Source of the DNA: Octopus vulgaris
Taxonomy: Eukaryota
Assembly (NCBI GenBank): GCA_951406725.2
Contig: OX597822.1
Span: forward strand, 28,582,001 to 28,646,000
Length of the DNA: 64,000 nt
Direction of reading: 5' to 3'
Shown: in pieces, positions 53,699-64,000 of the stretch
Numbering within the stretch: position 1 is the first letter of the stretch
Layout of the letters: every line of letters begins with the position of its first letter
Made by a program: the position numbers and the translations under genes
Notes under the pieces: generated by a model
The model's database searches: none
Seen by the model: the letters and a program-made list of their open reading frames with translations, nothing else
Told to the model about the DNA's origin: nothing

Positions 53699-55699
53699 GA
53701 TTCCTTATTTACAAATCACGTAGATGAAAGTACACATAAGTTAACCCAGTTAGCTTATATTTCAAATTTACTTACGTTTTATTAAATTTTCACTAATCCT
53801 AACTATTATTTATTTTTTGGAAGGGGAGAAATAATACAAAATATGGTTAGAATGAATATTTACTTCAGACAACATATATTGATTAAGCTTACGTTAAAAT
53901 CTCAGATAGTTTAGCAAAATCTATAGTGATTCATAGAGCAGTAAATGAAACGGTATTGATTAATAGCTTTGATTTCATTATAATATTAGCGCAAAGGTTT
54001 TGTAATTTAGATAATTATAAAAAAAAAGGGACATTTTTTTTCCTTCATGCAAATTCATATATATTAGTTACGTAAATGGAAATATACAACACGAGCCGAG
54101 CTTTCAGAATTAATATTGACTGGACTCGATTCAGAGAACGAATAAGGCAAGAAATGTTACGCTTTCCCAACAACATTAGCAATATCAGTTCACGTTTACA
54201 CAGAAACCTGCAGTAATGTTACTTAAAATCTACTGATAACGTTTATTGAGAAGCTCAAACTATATCGGTAAATTTCGTGGAAGATAACTTTCAAATTTCG
54301 TTCAGCATTTGAAATAGCAGCAGGCAAGCTATATTGATAGAAAGAATGACTATAACAGAGAAGCTTTTCAGTCTTCATAAACGCATAGAGGAACATGGAT
54401 ATTCAACACGTAATAAAAAACAAATTTTGTATTTATGAAGTGCTTTTTATTATATTCTCTTTATATAATTTAATATTACAGATATAGAGTACGTAAGTTA
54501 AAATGCTCATCATTAATGACAGGATATTATGATTCATTTAATCCCGTTGTTTTACTATGTATTAGACAATAAGAATAACGGCTAAGGAGTCGACATCGTC
54601 TGATTATTATATGGTATATATATCGTGGTTTGGATATTGTCCTTGATTTAACACATTTATATGGAAGTAATACCACAATTAGAAATAGCGTTTACAATAA
54701 ACCGATTTTGCTCAAGGCGAAACAATTATTTTCTTATGCAAAAAGACCAAAAGACTTGTTGAAAATATTATAAAACTGATGCGATGTTGTCAGCATTCTT
54801 TTTAACAACATCAGATCTCTCCGTAGATAACGTTCTACGGACAGAAAAGGAAACGCACAGCAACATTTTGCTTGCTGGACAAATCAGAGCTGATTATTAG
54901 AGAATTAATTGGATAACTAAAAGCGACGAATAATAATATTTTAATAGAGTTGGCATAGAAATGTGATACACGAGTGGTAGACTCTTTTCACACACACTAG
55001 TATCTCTACAAATCCCGTTACATGTGACGTAATAAATGTTTTTCAAAGCGTTTTCCGAAACGTATATCGTGATTATTCCATATGTGTGAGGAAGAGATTA
55101 TATAATATAGGAAGTGAACGAGATTATTTAAAACCATTTAAAATCGTTTGACCGAACTAAAAGACAGGGAGAGAGACATGAGTGAGCTCAAACTTCATAA
55201 AACCCACATATTCGTAAAATGTTAGGTCAACAGAATATAAATGGAATACAAAAAAGGATAGAAAAAAAGGATACAATAAAATTACTAACTATATGGGGTT
55301 TTCAGCAAAAAGTGAGTCCGTTCAACAGCTCAGGTTGACATGAAAATTTTAATATATCGAAGAACAGGAGAAATGGCCAAAAATAAAAGGGCAAGTTCCT
55401 GAAAGAAATAGGCACATACCCTTCACACTTGCAAGGCGTTTATCTTATACGAATTCAAATAGAATCTAGAAAACATAATTTTCCCATTTATTTTTTCATT
55501 TCTTTTTTTCCGAATCGGCATTTTAGGAATTTCAGTTCAGAATGTTGTTAATTGTTGAACTTGGTAATCTCAGCTGATTCATAGTCTCGAAGATCTATAG
55601 TCAAAGGTATTCTAGTAAGAACCATTTATTATCCATTATTTCCATCTTCATTCCACTGACGATATTGAGTAACCCACATTGGTTAGCTTGACTGCACAA

Positions 55700-57712
55700 C
55701 TATGGAGTTATATTCGTTGATGTTGTTTTATGAGCGAAATTAACATCAACAGATTCTTTTGTGGATGTTTTTGTAATTTTTTGCAGATTCTGAAAAATAC
55801 TGCGTCGAGCAATACTTGTTGATAGAAACGATAAACATATAAGTAATCCAACGAATGAGTTTAAAATACAAAATAATAGAGAAAATTCTTCAATTCTTGT
55901 AAACGTATACAGAAATGCGAATGTCCATGTTAGTCCCATGATAAAGAATAGTTTTACGCAAATGATACACTCCAGTTTATTATGTTTAGATAAATATTTC
56001 TTTGAAAGTTTACGTGCCAAATAGAGCCCTCTAGCGGTGAGGGTAAAGGCTACGAAATTAAGACATAAAATAATCATTACAGGGATTAAAAAAAAACATA
56101 GCAGACTTTTTCCATTTTTAATCCAGCAAATATCTTTTCCATAGTCTGGGGAAAGTCCGTGATTTCCAGGAATATACTCAAATACCAGTGATACTGTTAC
56201 TATTACAAGTGGACAGATCCAAGCATACAAGGAACAAAATACAAATCTCTTGGTGTGTTTTCCTTTACTTCGAAGTTGTGTGAGTCCTGAGAATGTGTGA
56301 CAGGCATCAACTGACATGACATTCATCCAGAAGAAAGTCGCTAGAAACGAATAATGCATTACTACTGCTAAATATTTGCACAGCACTGTAGATTTAGTGA
56401 CTTGTGATGAGATAAGAAAGAGAAGCTCAGCTACAAACAGTGCTAACAAAAGACTAATGAGTAATTTACCTGGTAAGGTACGGAGATCAGGTATACAGAG
56501 ATAGACTATAATGGTGATTGCTAGAGCTGGAATAGAGATTACGAGTCCCACTAATGTGATATAGCTCTCAGCTACGGAATATTTTGATATACCATTGATA
56601 TTTGATATATTATTGGTATCATTGTTTCCACAGATACTTATTATACCTTGAGAATCTCGAGTGAATTCTGATTGGTTCAGAAAACGTTGGGTATTATTTA
56701 AGTAGAGACGACCGTCACTAGTAATGTAATACTCAGATTCATTTAATCTTGTTGTCGTACAGTTTAGTGGAGGGTGGAAGATAACTTGTCGACATTGATT
56801 GGTATTGATATCGTAGACAGCGTGCTTTGGACATGAGGTCCTCAGTACACCGATACGATTTGTACTGGTCTGTTCATTTGTTACCATAAAGGAATTCGTG
56901 TTGGAATAGAATATGATTGTCAGTGGAGGAAGTTGTGTCCTGGGCGTGATAATAGTATACGTTACATTACACGGAGCTAAAACCCCATTACATTTGGCAC
57001 AGTCATTATTTTTGTAAAACAACCAATTTACATATATTAACGCCATTGGCTCAGACTCACATGCCACCGTTTGTTCTTTATTACTATCTTGTGGACAACT
57101 CGAAATAAATGGAATACAAGAATACAAATATTTCTTCAAATCTTCTGGAGGTCGTTTCACATCTGGGTGACACCTTTTCTTCTTGAGATAATTTGTTATA
57201 TTTTCAAAGCTTACATCAAAGAAGGAGTAGCAACGATATAAAATATTCCAAAGAATAAATTCTTCTCCATGACACAGACCACAATATAGGTTTCTATAGA
57301 GTATTTTACTTGTTTTACCAAAAGCGGGTATGTTTTGTAGTTGATCATCTGAGTCAGGATTTTCGCAGTTGTTCACATACTCCGTAACATCATGGTTAGG
57401 CGGACAACGGTCAAACTGATAATAATAAGTGTCATAATCAAGAGGTTCACCAAAACTTGTACAGCTGTAATATATTGATGGATAGGATTGTTTGTGATTA
57501 GAAGTGCTCTTATTAGCCATGTCAGAACAACATTCCTTGTAGAGGTAACAGTCCGGACGACACGAACAGCGTTCTCGTGTGTCATGGGTGCGAGGATCAG
57601 AGCACAAACCTGGGCTACAGTTGTTGAAGTATCCTGCATATGTTACAATATTTGAGAACAATAAAAGACAAACTACAACCAATGCAAAAGCTGTTTCCAT
57701 TTTCAAAGACAT
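55700..57712 (-). CDS. Intronless family-B GPCR, copy B (670 aa), tandem paralog of copy A
   Basis: Uninterrupted ORF with the same architecture. About 21 substitutions plus a 3-aa deletion relative to copy A. Confidence 0.92.
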   Translation of the reverse strand: MSLKMETAFALVVVCLLLFSNIVTYAGYFNNCSPGLCSDPRTHDTRERCSCRPDCYLYKECCSDMANKSTSNHKQSYPSIYYSCTSFGEPLDYDTYYYQFDRCPPNHDVTEYVNNCENPDSDDQLQNIPAFGKTSKILYRNLYCGLCHGEEFILWNILYRCYSFFDVSFENITNYLKKKRCHPDVKRPPEDLKKYLYSCIPFISSCPQDSNKEQTVACESEPMALIYVNWLFYKNNDCAKCNGVLAPCNVTYTIITPRTQLPPLTIIFYSNTNSFMVTNEQTSTNRIGVLRTSCPKHAVYDINTNQCRQVIFHPPLNCTTTRLNESEYYITSDGRLYLNNTQRFLNQSEFTRDSQGIISICGNNDTNNISNINGISKYSVAESYITLVGLVISIPALAITIIVYLCIPDLRTLPGKLLISLLLALFVAELLFLISSQVTKSTVLCKYLAVVMHYSFLATFFWMNVMSVDACHTFSGLTQLRSKGKHTKRFVFCSLYAWICPLVIVTVSLVFEYIPGNHGLSPDYGKDICWIKNGKSLLCFFLIPVMIILCLNFVAFTLTARGLYLARKLSKKYLSKHNKLECIICVKLFFIMGLTWTFAFLYTFTRIEEFSLLFCILNSFVGLLICLSFLSTSIARRSIFQNLQKITKTSTKESVDVNFAHKTTSTNITP

Positions 57713-58098
57713 AATGAATAATGCATGAATTGACCTTCCAAGTCCCGGTGATACTTTGATAATTTACTTCACTGCCCTAAATTTAAAGGTATTACTATGT
57801 AATTTCGAAATTTAGCAATGTCTCCAAGAGATATAATGATCAATACCTTCACAAAATTTTCATTCCGAAGCGGGGCAATGAAATTAATTTCGGTAGATTT
57901 AGATTCTTTGATTTTATTGCTATTAAATGTTCGCGACTCGGCTACTTAGCGTCACATATATGCATGTATGAATATATATAGATCCGCAGATAGTTGAGGC
58001 ATCTGCAAAAGAACAAATATTTTATTAAACATACTATTATTGTAAACATTGATACATATTCAAGCACACACGCATATACACAGATAAACACACACGCA

Positions 58099-58169
<71 letters not shown>

Positions 58170-58578
58170 ACTTATAAACTAGGGCAAAAGAAAAACTTCC
58201 AATGCCAAATATGCCGAAAATAGACTTAATCGTCAATAACCATATAATTTATCACTATAAGCACGCGTCTCGAAAGCAAGCCGATAGAAATTTCTAATAA
58301 ATTTCGTTATTATCGAATCGGCCCCGATTTCTGTGTTAATTCATTTAGAATTTTCTCGTCATCAGCGATAAATACGATAAGAAAATTAATGAGATACGTA
58401 CTTGTACCCACGGTAGAAGTAAACACTAAGTCCTGTGTGCACGTAAGTACCCCAAATATATTCAAAATAGAAGTTCAACAGCATACTTCGAGACACGTGT
58501 GATTCACTTCGGAACTCTCTCACTATATGAGAATTTTCAGTCCGATCACATATTTTGATTTATTTATTATTATTATTA

Positions 58579-58639
<61 letters not shown>

Positions 58640-60999
58640 TAGTGTTGTTGTTATACATACATATATACAAGCATACGTAATGAAAATAATAATAAGTGGA
58701 TGTAAACACATGAACAAAATAAGAATAAACAAAAACAACAACAAAAGCAAATTACACGAAGGTATATAAACAGAAGATTTAAATATTACAGGCATCCCTC
58801 CACCACACACACACTAACTAAACTTAGACGGACGCACATAGAGATATAAGCGTGCGCAAATGAAGACATACAATAGAAATACAAAATGGCTGACGGTTAG
58901 TAAGGAAAGACACAAATAAGAAAGAAGAAAACAAAGGACCACTGATGCGGTCAAAGGAGTGTGACGAAAGAACTCTGGCCGAAATTAGATTAAGATTAAT
59001 GTACAAAATAAATATCACTGAAGCAAAATAACACCAAATATATAGTGCGTGTGTTTTTATTGGCTAAAACTGGCAAAATGACCATTCCGAAATATAACAA
59101 TATCTGTTTTAACACACGACTTCACATAAAAAAGCTTGCACGACAAATATATAAACGTACAATAATACGGCTGAAACAAAATAAAAGCAGAGAGGCGCAA
59201 CGAAGTAGAAGGATAAATTTTGTCAGTGTCTTACTGCTGTGCAGAGGAAAAGAGTGATATCATTACACAGAATGCATTGCTTAAATTTTGCATGGTAAAG
59301 AATATTGTTCTTACCAATATCCAAACTTGACTTAGGTGCTCAGACGTCGCAACAACAATTGCCGTTACCTTCTATATCTAGATGTGAATTGAAAGCAGGA
59401 TGGGCACGTCATTGAAAGTGATAGGAAAAGAAGGCAGATAGAATGAATGAGAACGATAGAGATATCGACAATAAAATGGAATCAAATGACAAGTAGCAAA
59501 CTGGTCAATATGTAGCTGCCGTTTTCCGGAAGCAATCTAAGAACAATAATACGGCTGAGTCAGAGAGTGAAACAAAAGAGAGAATACAGTAACATTATCA
59601 CTAAGAGAGAGTTCACAAGGAGGACATATACAGTGTATAGTAAATATTTCGAAATACAGCGATATCTTTATGGAGAATACATTGGTTAATTTACATGGAA
59701 GCTTATGCTGCTGTTCCTGATATCCAGACTTGTCTAAGAACTGAGATTGTGGAAGCATTTGCACCTGCAGCTGTTAATTGAAGTTTAATGAAACCAGAAT
59801 GGGTAAAATGTCATTAAGAGAGAGAAGGATAAAGATGTTACCGATATGATAAGACGGATTTTCATTAAAACTAGGATGGGACAAATGTCGTTAAAAGAGA
59901 GAGGGGTAGACGGACATATCTCCAAGAGAGTGTCAACGAAGGAGAGGTACCAAGACTTGCTGGTATGTGGCAGATCTGTTGAGTAGTAAACAAAGAACAA
60001 TGAGAGAAGGAGAAAAAATGAAGAGAAAACAGTGTGATCCATATCGAGGATAAATTCGTTAATTTACATGCAATCGTCAATAGACAAACAATGATTGAGA
60101 ATTGTAAAGTAGCAAAGATTTCCGCCTACGACAAATTCTATATAACTACTGAGACCAGGATGGGCCGTATGGCATTAACAAGGAGGTGGATGGAGAGGAA
60201 GAGAAATGACAGATATATCCCCAACAGAGTGGTAACGAAAGAGGGGACCGAAGGTCTTCAGTATGTGGCAGCAGTATTGAAGGAAAAACTGCTATTTTTA
60301 CGGAGAACATATGTATTAAATTGCATGAGAGACAATATTTTTCTTACCGATGCCCAAAATCGGCAGGAGAGTTCAGAAGTCGGCAGGAGAGTTCCGTCAA
60401 CAGATGTAGTTAGAATGTTAATGAAAAGAGGAGGGGCAGAATATCATCAAGGGAGAAAGGCAAAGAGAAAAAGAGAATGTGTGAACAACGGAGATATTAC
60501 AAATAGACGAGCAACTTCTCTTGGGATGTCGCAGCTATGTTGAGGAAAAAAGACAGAGATAGACAAAGAAAGAAGAGAGGAAACAGTGACATTACCAGTG
60601 AGACAGGAGTGACGAGGAAGAAATTGACTTTATTTAGGAAACCATTCCGAAAAACATTGATATCCTTTCGGAAAATACAATAGTTTATTAGAATTGAAAA
60701 TTATACTGCACTTATTAATAGATTTTAAGTTAAAATGAGAGGCAAAAAAAATTTATTAAAACAGAGAGGGAAAGACACAGACTGACTGAGAGGGTGAGTG
60801 ATAATGGCAGAGATATCACCAAGAGAGGGCCAACGAACGAGAAGTTTGAAAGTCATCAGAAGAATTGATTAGTTAATTAACCTGGAAGTCAAAATTGCTG
60901 TTACAGCTATCGCTGAGCCGTGATAAGAATTTACGTTACAAGAACTTCCACCTACAGCTTCAGCTAGAGTTTTAGTGAAGCCATGCAGTATGTTATTGT

Positions 61000-63130
61000 T
61001 GAAAATGTGGTGTAGCTAATTTTAGTGGGAAATCCTATAAGGAATCGGTTTATCAATTTTTTATCCTGATTCAATGGAAAACCCCAAATGGATGCCTGCC
61101 ATTGATATTGTTTAGCTTTGGGATCTGTTGGTGGACATGGCGAAGCATGGTCTCACCAGGAACTGCGTTAAACTGAAGTTAAACGGCATGTCTGACCCCA
61201 AGGGATAAAGTTGCTCCCTTGAAATGAAAACATTTTCACCCCTCCCGCACCCTGTAACAATGGTGGCCTCAATCAAGTGGGGCATCAGGGACTTGATTAC
61301 TAAGCGGATCCCGTTGCGCTGTTTCGGATGAGTGCACTTGTGATAGGTTGATGCTAAATAATTATAGTCCTAGAACCGTTCTCTCCTGAGGCATGCCACT
61401 TATTACAGGGTACTTTGCAAAGAAAAACCATTTCCAGCAACAGATGACTCCAACCATGTAGGACGTCAAAGAGCCATTCGCTGAGTTTTCCTGAGATACC
61501 TTAACGTATCAAGGTATATACAATCAATATCCTTTCCTCTCGAGCGATTATTAGAATTATGCTACGGTACTGTAATAGTTATGAAAGGTAACTTCGTCTA
61601 GCCCAAAAACCATCTACGAAGTTGTTTTCAACAAGGCATGTACTGATTCTATTTCAGACAATGCGTTTGAATTTTATATGTGTGAGATTGGAGTGAAACA
61701 GGTGTGTAGTTTTAGCTTCAGACTCGCTACCTTCCTTTGTGTATTGTGTGTAGGTATTACTACTACATCTTTTAATAGTTCTGTGAATTTGCCGGTAACT
61801 AGCAACTTTTGAAATAGCATGTTTAATGGTTTCACGAGGCTGTCTTTGCACGTTTTTAGTAACATAGCTGGGAGGCCGTCTGGTCCAGATGCTGAGTTTG
61901 CTGTAAGTTGAGTTCTGGGAACCAAAGAATTCATTTGACCCAAATGTTATTTAGTTGGGAAGAAGCTCTGTCATAATGTCGACTGAAGAATGTGCATATG
62001 TTTGATGAATCATTAGTATATGATCCAGTTTGATTCATTAGATAACCCAATCTGGTTACGCGTAGCTGATTTTTGTTTAGCAAAGGAGAAATATTATAGA
62101 ACTTAAAAATATATTTTATAATTTACACTGCTCGATGTTCTCTTAGCGAAGTTTCTTTTTCATGACATAGTTTAAGTCCAGTTTGTTTGTTTGTTTGTTT
62201 GTTTGTTTGTTTGTTTGTTTGTTTGTTTGTTTGTTTGTTTGTTGTTTTTGTTTTTTGTTTTACTCAATCTCATCTGCTGAGATAGTTTGGTTTTTAGTTG
62301 TTTTCTTGGTTTGGTTCTGTTACACACTGGTATCCGTCTATCTCACAGGATCAAGGGCTCGTGGGAATAGGCGTGATTATATGAGTCATGCTTTCAACAG
62401 ATCCTGATTAATTCCTCGTACAGAAACTTCATTCCCTCGTTAACATTGAGATTGCCGATTTGTTTCCAAGATTTCAGTTTCGATTTCATTCCACTTGACC
62501 TTCCTGAAATTCAAGTTCATGAGGAGTGAGCCAGGCTGGATGTTATTTTTGTGTGTTACCCTCTTTGTACCATATACAGATAATTGTATAATGTGGTCGG
62601 AAATAACTATCGGAATGATCTGAACATTGTGAGTGAAGTCTGTATTAATGGTAATGACTGGGTCGAGTATTTTACCCCTGGTTGGACTAATAAGGATCTG
62701 TGGTATGAGAAAGTCTTTTAATAGTATCGAAAAAAGCATTCATATCTTTCCTCTTCCCTTGCATAATTTCAGGTTGGATATAACCCTCAGGCTAGCTGAG
62801 ATTAGGAAAACTAATCAGTTGTCCTCAAAGAGGTTTGGCTTATGAGCGACAAAAACTTTTGAAGTGATCTCCATGGCTATCTACATCAGGAAGACTGTAA
62901 GTAATACCTATGATCAAATTGGGGCCAATCACGTGCATTATTAGTGTATCGCGCATTATGTTGGGGTGGGGAAGGAGGACATTTGTTGCCAGGTCTTCTT
63001 GGGTAAAAATTGCTATTTCTCCTTAGTTCCATATTCTGTGATAAGTTCTGAATAGTACAAAACCTGACATATGTATTTCCGCATCCAATATGTCTGGGGT
63101 CAGTTGCGTTTTCTGTAGATTTGGTTGTGG
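61000..63130 (-). mobile_element. Degraded CR1/L2-group LINE, unit 3 copy
   Basis: ORFs 61674-61943 and 62440-62739. Confidence 0.8.
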
Positions 63131-63246
63131 TTTGAAGTCATGCTTTTACTAGAGCATCGAGTCCCTAAAGGATTACTGAAGGGACAGTCATATATCAGAA
63201 ATAATCTTTCGTGTTGCGAAAACAATAGATTCCGGGTTACATATGT

Positions 63247-63474
63247 GCGGCGAGCTGGCAGAGACGTTAGCACGCCGGGCGAAATGCGTAGCCGTATTTC
63301 GTCTGCCGTTACGTTCTGGGTTCAAATTCCGCCGAGGTCGACTTTGCCTTTCATCCTTTCGGGGTCGATAAATTAAGTACCAGTTACGCACTGGGGTTGA
63401 TGTAATCGACTTAATCCGTTTGTCTGTCCTTGTTTGTTCCCTCTGTGTTTAGCCCCTTGTGGGTAGTAAAGAAA
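63247..63474 (+). mobile_element. tRNA-derived SINE, unit 3 copy
   Basis: Copy of 5174-5401. Confidence 0.8.
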
Positions 63475-63554
63475 ATATATGTAGTAGTTATTAAGCGTCA
63501 TTTAGCATTTAGTGGTGGTGGCGGTGCTGGTGGTGCTGGTGCTGGTGCTCCGTG

Positions 63555-63757
63555 GTCGTCGTCATCGTCGTCGTCGTTGTCGTCGTCGTCGTCGTTGTTG
63601 TCGTCGTCGTCGTTGTCGTCGTCGTCGTCGTTGTCGTCGTCGTCGTCGTTGTCGTCGTCGTCGTCGTTGTCGTCGTCGTCGTCGTTGTCGTCGTCGTCGT
63701 CGTTGTCGTCGTCGTCGTCGTTGTCGTCGTCGTCGTCGTTGTCGTCGTCGTCGTCGT
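63555..63757. repeat. Expanded (GTC)5GTT 18-bp repeat in unit 3
   Basis: Direct reading. Confidence 0.92.
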
Positions 63758-64000
63758 GGAAAATCTAGAGACTGTGTTGTATAATAGGCCATCAATTGTT
63801 CTACTATTGAAGAGTGACTGCCAATGGCGATCATGTTGTCGTTGCAATTGTTTAGTTGTGGTAAGAGTAAGAGCAGTAGAACATAATGACAATGATGATG
63901 ATGGTGATGAAGAGTCACTTGAACTATTTCGAGAGAATGAAATAGCTACACAGAGATGGGCTCTTGATTGTGGAGTTTCATATTTCCTTAATTGTATCGA

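Larger units (their letters stand above)
58051..64000. repeat. Segmental tandem duplication unit 3 (partial, runs off the window)
   Basis: Collinear with 1 to ~5830. Confidence 0.95.

Noticed and set aside
60034-60543. 169-aa plus-strand ORF (132 aa at 1962-2360, split in unit 2)
   Set aside because: Lies in the degenerate purine-rich repeat, is broken differently in each unit and has no recognisable domain.

Overview
Eukaryotic, AT-rich, microsatellite-dense animal DNA. The tRNA-derived SINEs resemble octopus families, so an octopod cephalopod is likely (inferred from recall, not a search). The window is a head-to-tail segmental tandem array: unit 1 = 1-27366, unit 2 = 27367-58050, unit 3 = 58051 to beyond the window end. 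Each complete unit carries one intact gene with an intronless CDS on the minus strand: a ~670-aa family-B (Methuselah/adhesion-like) GPCR with a somatomedin-B-like, Cys-rich ectodomain. The two copies are almost identical in the 7TM region but differ in clustered patches of the ectodomain. The rest of each unit is transposon debris: a ~9.4-kb fold-back of two convergent R4/Dong-like retrotransposons lying between two collinear Penelope-like fragments, degraded CR1-type LINEs, SINEs and several hammerhead-ribozyme-like motifs. Unit 2 has private insertions, including a 600-bp element in a (TAA)n tract. Most short ORFs in the track are microsatellite or antisense artefacts. All alignments were done by eye, so TE boundaries are approximate.
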